Below, one piece after another: positions 29,932 to 38,880 of a DNA stretch of 64,000 nt. Source of the stretch: an uncultured delta proteobacterium (lineage in GTDB: Bacteria; Myxococcota; Myxococcia; Myxococcales; Myxococcaceae); NCBI GenBank assembly GCA_963796055.1, contig CAWCKH010000004.1, positions 2,368,001-2,432,000 of the forward strand, in the 5' to 3' direction. The position numbers and the translations under genes were made by a program. Every line of letters starts with the position of its first letter. Position 1 is the first letter of the stretch. Under the pieces are notes generated by a model. The model was not told where the DNA came from. It saw only the letters and a list, made by a program, of their open reading frames with translations, and made no database searches.

Positions 29932-30073
29932 TGCGAAGGCCGTGCCGCGTCCGGGCTTCATCCAGCGCCGCGTGGCGGGCAAGTCACGCGTTGCTGAAAC
30001 CCTCCGCTCGAACGCGCAGGCTTTGCGTGAGCCGTCACCACGGATGAACCGGCTCTCTGGCATGGGTGATGCT
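29932..30073. promoter_or_regulatory. Divergent sigma-54-type promoters with a GCGCA-N5-TGCGC-like site
   Basis: CGGCACGGCCTTCGCA (29947-29932, minus), GCGCAGGCTTTGCGT (30014-30028), TGGCATGGGTGATGCT (30058-30073, plus). Confidence 0.7.
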
Positions 30074-30114
30074 CTTCAGGGTGGCGAATCGCTAACCGAG
30101 AAAGGGACACCGAC

Positions 30115-30768
30115 ATGAGAACCGATGCAGACCTGCAGAGGGCAGTGCAAGAGGAGCTCTCGTTCGAGCCGACCATCGTCGCCACCGACATCGGGGTCAC
30201 GGTCAAGAATGGGATTGTCACCCTCTTCGGGACGGTTCCTGATTACACCAGCAAGTTGGCGGCCGAGAGGGCGGCAGAGCGCGTCGCCGGCGTGCGTGCG
30301 CTGGCCAAGGATCTCACTGTAAAGCTGCCCGGAGAGAGTCGGCGCTCGGACTCGGAGATCGCCGAGGCAGCGCTGAAGGCGTTTGCCTGGGACGTGCAGG
30401 TCCCAGAAAAGCGTCTCACGTTGGAGGTACAGAACGGGTTCGTGACGCTCAAGGGTGAGGTGAACTGGTATTTCCAGAGGAAGGCGGCCGAGGAGAACGT
30501 ACGGAAGCTGACCGGTGTCGTCGGGGTCAGCAATCAGATCACGATCAAGCCGAACCTCACCGCAAAGGAGGTCCGGTCGAAGATCGAATCGGCACTTCAG
30601 CGGCGGGCAGTCCGTGATGCCCGGCAAATCATCGTCGACGTGGAGGGCCGAACGGTCACCCTACGCGGTGAGGTTCACTCCTGGGCGGAGCGGGAAGACG
30701 CAGAGCTCGCTGCCTGGGCGGCGGAAGGAATTTCCGAGGTGCGCGACGAGATCCGGATTCGACCCTGA
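30115..30768 (+). CDS. Triple BON-domain protein
   Basis: Three repeats of D..L/I..V.V..G.VTL.G.V..A..GV..V. Confidence 0.92.
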   Translation: MRTDADLQRAVQEELSFEPTIVATDIGVTVKNGIVTLFGTVPDYTSKLAAERAAERVAGVRALAKDLTVKLPGESRRSDSEIAEAALKAFAWDVQVPEKRLTLEVQNGFVTLKGEVNWYFQRKAAEENVRKLTGVVGVSNQITIKPNLTAKEVRSKIESALQRRAVRDARQIIVDVEGRTVTLRGEVHSWAEREDAELAAWAAEGISEVRDEIRIRP

Positions 30769-30808
30769 GCCGCAAGGACTCGGGCTCATGCCCGGCAAGG
30801 AGATACCC

Positions 30809-31183
30809 ATGAGGGTCGAACAGCTCATGTCCCATCCGGTACGCACCTGCTCGGCGAGCGACATGCTCGATCGCGCGGCTCGAATCATGTGGGGCACGAC
30901 GTGGGGTGCATCATCGTCGAGTCGGATGGTCGGGGTAGATGGGATCATCACCGGTCGCGACATCTGCATGGCCGGCCGCTTCGCCGGCAGGGCACTCTGG
31001 GAGATCCCGGTTGGCGAGGTGATGTCCCGTCCGGTGGAGACGGTTCACTGGCCGAGATCTGTGACCCGACTGACTCGACGACAGATCTTTCCTGGCAGCG
31101 AAGGTGATTCGTCCTCGCGCTTAGCAATCGGCGCCATCACCTTCGCTGCGTCCGTCGCCTTGTTCCAGAAGCGCCTCGGCTAA
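30809..31183 (+). pseudogene. CBS-pair pseudogene
   Basis: MRVEQLMS..TC..AARIMW. The HDVGCIIV segment lies in another frame. GIITGRDICMA..EVMSRPVETV follows, then similarity is lost. Confidence 0.75.
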
Positions 31184-31231
31184 GCGCCGCGTGAGCCCAC
31201 CCGCGCAAGTGAGCAGATAGGATCGCGCTCC

Positions 31232-31246
31232 ACGCAAGTCTTGCGC
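31232..31246. promoter_or_regulatory. GCGCA-N5-TGCGC-like site
   Basis: ACGCAAGTCTTGCGC, upstream of the gene at 31330. Confidence 0.6.
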
Positions 31247-31329
31247 ACAGGATTCGCAGACTGCGCCTGGTCTCCAGCACTTGCCGCGCATGCCTGATGC
31301 ATTCATGTGCGGAGGAAGAAGGTGTCGCC

Positions 31330-31608
31330 ATGACCATGTTCGCATTCCTGAGCTGGATCGTGCTCGGAGCGGTGCTCGGAGCGGTGCTCGCGACAGTCTG
31401 GAAGGAACGAGGACTTACCCTGGCCTGGGGGACCGCGATCGGCGGGGTCGGCGGAGTGGTGGGCGGGTTGATCGCTCGGTTCGTCTTCCCGGCCGGGGCG
31501 GTCTTCGACGGGTTGGCGCTGGCCGCTGCCCTCGTGGGTGCAGTGGTGGCCATGTTCATCGCCAAGTCCCGCGTGGAGCACACGGACCGGCCAGGCGCCA
31601 CGGTCTGA
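31330..31608 (+). CDS. GlsB/YeaQ/YmgE-family stress membrane protein
   Basis: LSWIVLGAVLG.LA..G.VGGVVGG.I..ALVGAVV, three TM helices. Confidence 0.75.
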   Translation: MTMFAFLSWIVLGAVLGAVLATVWKERGLTLAWGTAIGGVGGVVGGLIARFVFPAGAVFDGLALAAALVGAVVAMFIAKSRVEHTDRPGATV

Positions 31609-31682
31609 TCTGAGCAGGCGCCCGGGCGACTGGAACGGGACGCTGACGGTGCTTGGCTTCGAAGGGGTGACGTGTCCTTCCG

Positions 31683-33116
31683 TCACCCCTTGAGCACGCC
31701 CCACGGTCGCAGACGGGCGACCTTGCGTGCGATGCCCGCCCGCGCGACGACGTCCACCACCCGCTCCACGTCCTTGTACGCCAGCGGCGCCTCCTCGGCG
31801 AGCTCGGCATTCGAAGGGCAGCGGACCACGATACCCTGCGCTTCGAGCTCCTTGCGCAGGGCGTGGCCTTCCACGCGCCGCTTCGCCGCGTGGCGGCTGA
31901 GCGCGCGCCCCGCTCCGTGGCAGCAGCTGCCAAACGAGACCTCGTCCGAGCCGGCCGTCCCCACCAGCACGAAGGTCCGCGTCCCCATGCTCCCGGGAAC
32001 GAAGACCGGCTGACCCACGCCCTGGTAGCGCGCCGGCAGCTCGGGGTTGCCCGGCCCGAAGGCGCGGGTGGCTCCCTTCCTGTGGACGCAGAGACGCCGG
32101 CCGGCGTGCTCCTCGAGCTTGGCGATGTTGTGCGCCACGTCGTAGACGAGCTCCATCCGGGCGTCTCCACAGCCGCCGAGGATCCGCTCGGCGACCGTCC
32201 GCGCTCGGTGGCTGAGCACCTGGCGATTGGACCAGGCGAAGTTGGCCGCGGCGCACATCGCCGCGAAGTAGCTCTGCCCTTCCGGAGAGGAGAGCGGCGC
32301 GCACGCCAGCTGACGATCCGGCAGCTCGATGCCGAACCGCGCGAGCGAGGCGTCCATCGTGCGCACCGCGTCGGTGCAGACCTGATGCCCGAGACCTCGG
32401 GAGCCGGTGTGGATGAGGATCGTCATCTGGCCCGCGAAGAGGCCGAGGGCCGCGGCCGCTTTGTCGTCGAACACCGTCTCCACCTCCTCGACCTCGAGGA
32501 AGTGGTTGCCGCCTCCCAGGGTTCCCAGCTGGTCACGCCCGCGCTCCCTGGCCCGGGCAGAGACGGCGGAAGGATCTGCAGCGGCCAGCCGGCCTCCGGA
32601 TTCGATCCGCTCCAGGTCCTCCCGCGTCCCCAGGCCGAGCGAGCCGACGACGTACGGACAACCGTCGCTGAGGACCCGATCGAGCTCCTGGTCCGACAGG
32701 GAGAGCCGTCCATGCCGGCCGTAGCCAGTGGGAATGCTCCTGCTCAGCTCGTGGACGAACGTCTCCAGCCGGGCGCCGATCTGCGCCCGGGTCAGCCGGG
32801 AGGCCAGGAGACGGACGCCGCAGTTGATGTCGAAGCCGATGCCTCCAGGAGAGATGACCCCATCGGGGATCAAGGTGGCCGCGACGCCTCCGACCGGGAA
32901 GCCGTACCCCTCGTGCATGTCCGGCATGCCGACCGCTCGGCCCCAGGTCCCGGGCAAGGTGGTGACGTTGATGAGCTGGTGCAGGCTCTGGTCGCGCGCG
33001 ATCTGGGTCATCAGCTCCCGGTCGGCGATGATCCGCGCCGGAACGTGCATCCCCGGAGCGGCCCCCTTGGGGATCTCGAAGACCACCTCGGAGATCTGAA
33101 CGGGGAGCGGATCCAT
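31683..33116 (-). CDS. rtcB: RNA-splicing ligase RtcB
   Basis: MPDMHEGYGFPVG, GFDINCG, GGGNHF, HTGSRG, HNIAK, HRKGAT, PGSMG, HGAGR, EEAP.AYK. Confidence 0.95.
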   Translation of the reverse strand: MDPLPVQISEVVFEIPKGAAPGMHVPARIIADRELMTQIARDQSLHQLINVTTLPGTWGRAVGMPDMHEGYGFPVGGVAATLIPDGVISPGGIGFDINCGVRLLASRLTRAQIGARLETFVHELSRSIPTGYGRHGRLSLSDQELDRVLSDGCPYVVGSLGLGTREDLERIESGGRLAAADPSAVSARARERGRDQLGTLGGGNHFLEVEEVETVFDDKAAAALGLFAGQMTILIHTGSRGLGHQVCTDAVRTMDASLARFGIELPDRQLACAPLSSPEGQSYFAAMCAAANFAWSNRQVLSHRARTVAERILGGCGDARMELVYDVAHNIAKLEEHAGRRLCVHRKGATRAFGPGNPELPARYQGVGQPVFVPGSMGTRTFVLVGTAGSDEVSFGSCCHGAGRALSRHAAKRRVEGHALRKELEAQGIVVRCPSNAELAEEAPLAYKDVERVVDVVARAGIARKVARLRPWGVLKG

Positions 33117-33126
33117 CGGTCGTTCC

Positions 33127-33540
33127 TCACACGTCGAGCACGACGCTCGCCTGCCAGGTGCCGCCGCGGTTCTCCACGAAGAGGCCGTGGAGCGTCGCGG
33201 CCTTCACCTGAGTCCGGAGCCCCTCGGGAGACACGCCGGCGACCGCCGCCTGCATCTCGTCTTTGCCGACCCGCTCCACGCGAAAGCGGGTGAAGACCTG
33301 CTTCGAGGTTTCCGAGAGGAAGATGAGCTCGTTGAGCCACTCCACCAGGAGCGCCGCTCGATCTCGCGCCCGCACCGAGAGCCGCTGCTCGGCCCCCGGG
33401 GTGGTCGTGGCCGGGAGCTCTCCCAGCATGATCTCCGCCAGAGCCCGTCCGGCCTCGACGAAGAGCTCCTCGAGGGACGACGCGCTCAGCACCAGCCGGA
33501 CCTCGCCGGTGTGCTCCTCGAAGCGATGGTCCGCGGCCAT
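33127..33540 (-). CDS. Archease
   Basis: FEEHTGE..LLVEWLNEL..VKAATLH..VVLDV, directly upstream of rtcB. Confidence 0.92.
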   Translation of the reverse strand: MAADHRFEEHTGEVRLVLSASSLEELFVEAGRALAEIMLGELPATTTPGAEQRLSVRARDRAALLVEWLNELIFLSETSKQVFTRFRVERVGKDEMQAAVAGVSPEGLRTQVKAATLHGLFVENRGGTWQASVVLDV

Positions 33541-33544
33541 GGGC

Positions 33545-34363
33545 TCAGCCCCACCGGAAGGTCGCGTAGAGGAGCACCAGCGGCCCGGTGAAGAGCACCG
33601 AGTCCACCCGGTCGAGCACTCCTCCATGCCCCGGGATGAGATGGCCGGAGGTCTTCACGCCCCGCGCGCGCTTGAGCAGTGACTTGCTCAGGTCTCCCAG
33701 TGGACCGAACACGGAGGTGAGGATGGCCACGACCGCGGCGTCCTTCCAGGAGAGTTGCACCAGGCGGGCAAGACACGCGGCCTCGGCGACGGCCAGCGCC
33801 CCGACGAAACCGCACCACCAGCCTTCCCAGGTCTTGCCAGGGCTGACCCGCGGTGCGAGGTGGTGCCGCCCGAAGCGGCGCCCTCCGAAATAGGCAGCGG
33901 CATCGTTGGTCGCCGCTGCCGCCAGCAGGCAGAGCACCCACCCCCGCCCTTGCTCCAGCTCGCGCAGTGCAGGCAGCGCCAGCAGAGACCCACCGCAGAA
34001 CACCGTCCCCGAGACCAGGGCCGATGCTCTCTGCGCGCCCTGGGCCGCATCGCCGCGCAGGACGTTCCAGGACCAGCTCAGGATCGAGATGCCCAGGACC
34101 AGCGCCGCGGCGATGCCCCAGCGTGGAGCAGAGGAGGGGAGCACCGGGAGGGCGGCGCTGGCGATGACGGCGAGCCACGCGTCGGGCCCGAGCCGTCCAA
34201 GCGCGAGCCGGAAGAACTCGAAGGACGCCAGAGCGGCGACAATCGCCACGCCGATTGCGAAGGGAAGACCTCCCAGCCAGACCAGCCCGATGACCGGAGG
34301 GATCAGGACCGCGGCGGCCAGAAGTCTCCGTCCGAGCTCGCGGTCTCGCGGCGCGGTCTCCAC
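33545..34363 (-). CDS. cdsA: Phosphatidate cytidylyltransferase
   Basis: DAAAYFGGR.FG..LAPRVSPGKTWEG..GDLSKS.LKR..GVK.SG.LIPGHGGVLDRVDS. Start uncertain (34363 or 34402). Confidence 0.88.
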   Translation of the reverse strand: METAPRDRELGRRLLAAAVLIPPVIGLVWLGGLPFAIGVAIVAALASFEFFRLALGRLGPDAWLAVIASAALPVLPSSAPRWGIAAALVLGISILSWSWNVLRGDAAQGAQRASALVSGTVFCGGSLLALPALRELEQGRGWVLCLLAAAATNDAAAYFGGRRFGRHHLAPRVSPGKTWEGWWCGFVGALAVAEAACLARLVQLSWKDAAVVAILTSVFGPLGDLSKSLLKRARGVKTSGHLIPGHGGVLDRVDSVLFTGPLVLLYATFRWG

Positions 34364-34383
34364 GCTCGCTTCCGTCTCCGATG

Positions 34384-34614
34384 TCAGTCCCCGAGAGACC
34401 ACGGTTCCGTCGTGGGTCCGGTCCTCGGCACCCACGCCCCGTCGCTCTTGACGTAGGAACGCTTCACCGCCGCCCAGGCGATGCGGTGCGACATCGCGTC
34501 CTCGCCCCACCGCTCCCAGGCGTGGTTGAACGCGGCCCGGTAGATGTCCTGAGCATGCTCCGGGAGATGAGCTCGGACCCCGGCCGGGAGATCTTCGTTG
34601 CTGGCATAGGGCAT
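34384..34614 (-). CDS. chaB: ChaB-family protein
   Basis: MPY..DLP..V..LPEHAQDIY.AAFN.AW..HRIAWAAVKR.Y.K. Confidence 0.9.
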   Translation of the reverse strand: MPYASNEDLPAGVRAHLPEHAQDIYRAAFNHAWERWGEDAMSHRIAWAAVKRSYVKSDGAWVPRTGPTTEPWSLGD

Positions 34615-34641
34615 CGGCGCGCCTCCGTGCCGGAGCAAACG

Positions 34642-34719
34642 TGCATCGCGCGAGCCATGCCGATGGCTGGAGACTCCTGCTTCGGCAGCCCGCGTCCGAG
34701 GTGAGCGCATTTCTTGCGC
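34642..34719 (-). promoter_or_regulatory. Putative sigma-54 promoter plus perfect GCGCA-N5-TGCGC site
   Basis: TGGCTCGCGCGATGCA (34657-34642, minus) and GCGCATTTCTTGCGC (34705-34719). Confidence 0.72.
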
Positions 34720-34948
34720 GCATTCCATGCTCCGGCGTTTCCAGCCCCAGCTGGTCTGACCGAGTCTCTCGCTCTCTCCGTGCACGTGAGCGACAAGCGG
34801 AATTGCTGCGATGGCTGTGCCAGAGCTGTCGGATCCATGGCCACGCAATGAAGGACAGGTCATGCGACGGAGCGGGAGGGCAATGGTGCCTCCGGCTTCC
34901 TGATTGCTCATTTGCAACCTCGTCACCGAGCGCGGTCCTCGTCGCAAG

Positions 34949-34964
34949 CGGCACGGCCAGTGCA
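34949..34964 (+). promoter_or_regulatory. Putative sigma-54 promoter
   Basis: CGGCACGGCCAGTGCA, upstream of the ATG at 35016. Confidence 0.6.
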
Positions 34965-35015
34965 GCCCCTCTTCATGCGTCCTCGCGAGCGCAACGCCTG
35001 AACAAGGAGAAGGCC

Positions 35016-35903
35016 ATGCGTCCATTCTTCGAAGGAACCCGGCCCGGGCGCGTCGTCGGTGCTGGCACCGCCGAGTTCGAGCTGCCCGTCCTGTATTTCC
35101 GCGATGACTCGTTTGGTGCCCTGTTCACCGCCGACCTCGCGCGGCTCCGGGCGGCGATGCCGAGCCAGAAGCTGTACCCCGTGCCACATTCCACGCCGGG
35201 TCGCGGGCTGGTCTACATCGGCTGCTACGACTACCTCGACACGAGCGTCGGTCCCTACGGGGAGGTGGCGGTGGCCGTCCCGGCGGTGTACGGGCGGCGT
35301 CCTCCGCCGCTGCTTCCCTCGGTGTTCGAGGGCCGGTGGCCAGGCTTCGGAGCCGTGATCCTGCATTTGCCGGTGACCACCCGCCTGACGCGAGACGGCG
35401 GGCGTGCCTACTGGGGCTACGCCAAGTTCGTCGCCGACATGCGGTTCCAGAGCAACCCCGAGTTCCAGGAGTGCCGTCTGGATGAGGGCGGAAAGCACAT
35501 CCTCACGCTTCGGGTGGTGAAGCGCGGGCCCCCGCTGCCGGACAGACGCCCGCTCATCACCTACTCGGTGAAGGACGGGGCGCTTCTCCGGACCACGATC
35601 CCCCAGTCAACCATCGTCCGCACGGCGCTCGGTACCGGTGGGTCGTCCTTGCAGCTCGGTGACTCCCATCCGGTCGCGTCCTCGATCCACGAGCTGGGGA
35701 TCGATCCCCGTCCAGTGATGACCCGCTCCTACCTCGACCGGAGCGCGATTCTTCCGGAGGGGGAGGTCGTGGAGCAGAGCGTCCGGCCCCTGGAGGGTTA
35801 CCTGGGCGCGGAGAGGGAGGAGGGCGAGTTGCTGACCACGCACTTGCCCACGGCGGTTCCTCCGCCCAGCGCGCCCGAGATGCGCGCGGGAGCGAGCGAC
35901 TGA
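35016..35903 (+). CDS. Acetoacetate decarboxylase-family protein
   Basis: LPVLYFRDD..YDYLDTSVGPYGEV..LHLPVT..GR.YWGYAK. AAGGAG RBS. Confidence 0.8.
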   Translation: MRPFFEGTRPGRVVGAGTAEFELPVLYFRDDSFGALFTADLARLRAAMPSQKLYPVPHSTPGRGLVYIGCYDYLDTSVGPYGEVAVAVPAVYGRRPPPLLPSVFEGRWPGFGAVILHLPVTTRLTRDGGRAYWGYAKFVADMRFQSNPEFQECRLDEGGKHILTLRVVKRGPPLPDRRPLITYSVKDGALLRTTIPQSTIVRTALGTGGSSLQLGDSHPVASSIHELGIDPRPVMTRSYLDRSAILPEGEVVEQSVRPLEGYLGAEREEGELLTTHLPTAVPPPSAPEMRAGASD

Positions 35904-35980
35904 TTGGGGGTGCCGCGCAATGCTCCGCGTGCGTCACGCCTGGCGAGCAGCACACCAGGAGCACAACGATCCGTGACGGC

Positions 35981-37531
35981 TCAGTCTTGGGAGGGAGGAA
36001 GCCGACGCAAGTTCAGCTTCTTCATCTTGCTCTGCAGGGTGGACGGCTTCAGCCCGAGGACCTCCGCCGCACCGCCCGGCCCGTAGATCCGCCCCCGCGT
36101 CGCCTGGAGCACGCGGGTGATGTGCTGGCGGGTGGCCTCCGCCAGGGTGGGCAAGTCGCCGTCCCGCGGCCGGCCCTCGCGGCGCCTCCGTCCCGGCAGG
36201 TCGATGACCTCGGGGCCGAGCTCCTCACCCGCGGCAAGGATCAGCGCGCGCTCGAGGACGTTGGCCAGCTCGCGCACGTTCCCCGGCCAGTCATGGGCCT
36301 CGAGCCGCGCCAGCGCCTCGGGGGTGAGCCGCCGCACCGTCTTCCCGGTGCGCCGGGCCAGACCCTCGAGCAATCCCTCGGCGAGCGGCGCCACGTCCTC
36401 GCGGCGCTCGCGCAAGGGCGGCAGCTCCAGTGGAAACACGTCGAGCAGGTAGAAGAGGTCCTCGCGGAACCGCCCGGCTGCCACCGCGGCCTCGAGGTCG
36501 GCATGGGTCGCGGCCAGCACGCGCACGTCCACCCGGACGGCGCGGTCGCTCCCCACCGGCTCGAACTCGCCGTCCTGCAGCACCCGGAGCAGCCGGGTCT
36601 GGAGGGCCGGGGGCAGCTCCGAGACCTCGTCGAGGAACAGCGTGCCGCCATTGGCCACCACCAGCCGTCCAGGACGGGCGCGGCCGGCGCCGGCGAACGC
36701 TCCCTCCACGTGGCCGAACAGCTCGAGCTCCAGCGCGCCCTCCGGGACCGGGGCGCAGCTCAGGGAGACGAAGGGGTGGTCGGCCCGGGCCGACCAGGCG
36801 TGGATGGCGCGGGCCAGGCGCTCCTTGCCGCTCCCCGGCTCGCCGCGGATGAGCACCGGGGTCTGCGCCCGGGCCACCTGGCGCGCGCGGCGCAGCAGAG
36901 CGTGCATCGCAGGGCTGCGCAGCCTGGCATCCAGCTCCCGTCGGCCGCCGAGCTCCTCCTCGAGCAGCTTGGCGTGGGCGTGGTCCTGCTGGTGGAGCCG
37001 CTCCAGGGTGACCGTCTTGCCCGCCCCCTGGATGGCCATCGCCAGGAGCTGCGCGTAGACCTCGACCAGGTTGACCACCGGCGGCGGGTAGACCTCGCAC
37101 ACGCTGCGGTCCAGGGTGAGCACGCCCAGCGTCTGATCTCCGGCCACGAGGGGAGCCACCAGGCAGGCGTGTCCCGGCGGAAGGTCCAGCACGTGGTCGA
37201 ACGGGTCTCCATCGCCGTGGCGATGGTCTGCCTCGAGAAACGTGCGCGCCCGTCTCGTCTCCAGCGCCTCGCGGATCGAAGGGAACTCCTCGAGCTGGAG
37301 CGCGTGGTGGCGGACGCGATCGTCGGCGAGGGGACCACGGGCGGCCCGCACCACCAGCCGGCCCTGCTCGAGCACGAACACCGTTGCCAGATCGTACGGT
37401 GCCACACGGGCCAGCCAGTCGAGGCCGCGGCGGAGCACCTCGTCCACGGCCTGCTCGGAGCCCACCAGCGTGGCCAGCTCCTGGAGGTCGCGGGCGAGAT
37501 CCACCGGCTGAAGGGAAGCGGCCGCGGTCAT
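35981..37531 (-). CDS. GAF-AAA-Fis sigma-54 activator (NorR-like)
   Basis: GAF motif DPFD..HAC..LTLD, Walker A GEPGSGKE, GAFAGA, LFLDEV, FREDLFY, WPGNVREL, C-terminal HTH. Confidence 0.9.
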   Translation of the reverse strand: MTAAASLQPVDLARDLQELATLVGSEQAVDEVLRRGLDWLARVAPYDLATVFVLEQGRLVVRAARGPLADDRVRHHALQLEEFPSIREALETRRARTFLEADHRHGDGDPFDHVLDLPPGHACLVAPLVAGDQTLGVLTLDRSVCEVYPPPVVNLVEVYAQLLAMAIQGAGKTVTLERLHQQDHAHAKLLEEELGGRRELDARLRSPAMHALLRRARQVARAQTPVLIRGEPGSGKERLARAIHAWSARADHPFVSLSCAPVPEGALELELFGHVEGAFAGAGRARPGRLVVANGGTLFLDEVSELPPALQTRLLRVLQDGEFEPVGSDRAVRVDVRVLAATHADLEAAVAAGRFREDLFYLLDVFPLELPPLRERREDVAPLAEGLLEGLARRTGKTVRRLTPEALARLEAHDWPGNVRELANVLERALILAAGEELGPEVIDLPGRRRREGRPRDGDLPTLAEATRQHITRVLQATRGRIYGPGGAAEVLGLKPSTLQSKMKKLNLRRLPPSQD

Positions 37532-37554
37532 GGGCCGACTCTAACCGGTCGACC

Positions 37555-37611
37555 ACCGATGTGCCGGTGAATTCGCCCCTCTGCCGCCGCCGTCGGTACC
37601 GATATTACGGT
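37555..37611. promoter_or_regulatory. Tandem ACCG-N6-CGGT palindromes (candidate activator sites)
   Basis: ACCGATGTGCCGGT (37555-37568) and ACCGATATTACGGT (37598-37611), 43 bp apart. Confidence 0.55.
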
Positions 37612-37753
37612 GGTCATGGGCCTTAGTAAAGTGGGCAAGTAGATGATTTGCTTGCGTTTTGACATCACGCACCGCATCAAGATGGGGTTGGCTGGCGCCA
37701 GCCGGCTTCCAGGCCATCGAACAACCGAAAGACCACGAAGGAGCACAAGGACA

Positions 37754-38308
37754 ATGCTGACCGTTGGAGACAAGTTTCCCGAGTACAACCTCAAGGCGGT
37801 GGTGAGCCTGGAGAAGGGGAAGGAGTTCAAGGACATCACCCACAAGGACTCCCCGGGCAAGTGGAAGGTCGTCTTCTTCTGGCCGATGGACTTCACGTTC
37901 ATCTGTCCGACGGAGATCGCCGAGTTCGGAAAGCAGAACGGCCAGTTCCTCGAGCGCGACGCTCAGGTCCTCGGCGCGAGCACCGACACCCACTTCGTCC
38001 ACCTCGCCTGGCGGAAGGACCATCCGGATCTCCGGAACCTCCCCTTCCCGATGCTGGCGGACACCAGGCGCGAGCTGTCGACCCAGCTGGGCATCCTCCA
38101 CAAGACCGACGGCGTGCCGCTCCGGGCGACCTTCATCGTCGATCCCGAGGGCATCATCCGCTGGGCGAGCGTGAACGACCTCAGCGTGGGCCGGAGCGTC
38201 CCCGAGGTGCTCCGCGTGCTCGACGGCCTGCAGACCGACGAGCTCTGCCCCTGCAACTGGAAGCAGGGCGACGAGACCCTCAGCCAGAAGCTGAAGAAGG
38301 CCAGCTGA
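37754..38308 (+). CDS. ahpC: 2-Cys peroxiredoxin AhpC
   Basis: FFWPMDFTFICPTE and DELCPCNW. Confidence 0.93.
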   Translation: MLTVGDKFPEYNLKAVVSLEKGKEFKDITHKDSPGKWKVVFFWPMDFTFICPTEIAEFGKQNGQFLERDAQVLGASTDTHFVHLAWRKDHPDLRNLPFPMLADTRRELSTQLGILHKTDGVPLRATFIVDPEGIIRWASVNDLSVGRSVPEVLRVLDGLQTDELCPCNWKQGDETLSQKLKKAS

Positions 38309-38826
38309 TGAATGCGCTGGAGTCCCTCCGCAACGCCATCCCCGACGCGGCGAAGGATCTCCGGCTGAACCTGGGCGGCGTCCTGCAGCCGGGGACGCTG
38401 ACCAAGGAGCAGATCTGGGGCACGGCGGTGGCCTGCGCCATCGCCAGCCGGAATCCGCAGCTGCGCCAGGCCACGCTGGAGGATGCGCTGACCCACGTCT
38501 CCGCCGAGGTGGTGGAGGACGGGAAGGCCGCCGCGGCGCTGATGGGGATGAACAACGTGTACTACCGCTTCCGGCACATGGTGGGCCGGGACGAGTACGC
38601 CCAGAAGCCTGCCCGGCTGCGGATGCAGCGGCTGGCGCAGGTGGCCACCAACAAGACCGACTTCGAGCTCTTCTGCCTCGCGGTGAGCGCGATCAACGGC
38701 TGCGAGAGCTGCATCCGCTCGCACGAGCGGGTGGTCCTCGAGGGCGGGTTGACCGAGGACCACGTCAACGACGCGGTCCGCATCGCCGCCACCTTCCACG
38801 GGGCGGCGGTCGCGCTGGAGATGTGA
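38308..38826 (+). CDS. ahpD: Alkyl hydroperoxide reductase AhpD
   Basis: AKDLRLNL..MGMNNVYYRF..AVSAINGCESCIRSH. Translationally coupled to ahpC (TGATG). Confidence 0.93.
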   Translation: MNALESLRNAIPDAAKDLRLNLGGVLQPGTLTKEQIWGTAVACAIASRNPQLRQATLEDALTHVSAEVVEDGKAAAALMGMNNVYYRFRHMVGRDEYAQKPARLRMQRLAQVATNKTDFELFCLAVSAINGCESCIRSHERVVLEGGLTEDHVNDAVRIAATFHGAAVALEM

Positions 38827-38880
38827 CGCGGAAACGGGGCGCGGCATGCGAGGCTGTCCCGGATGCCTGCCCGGGACTCG

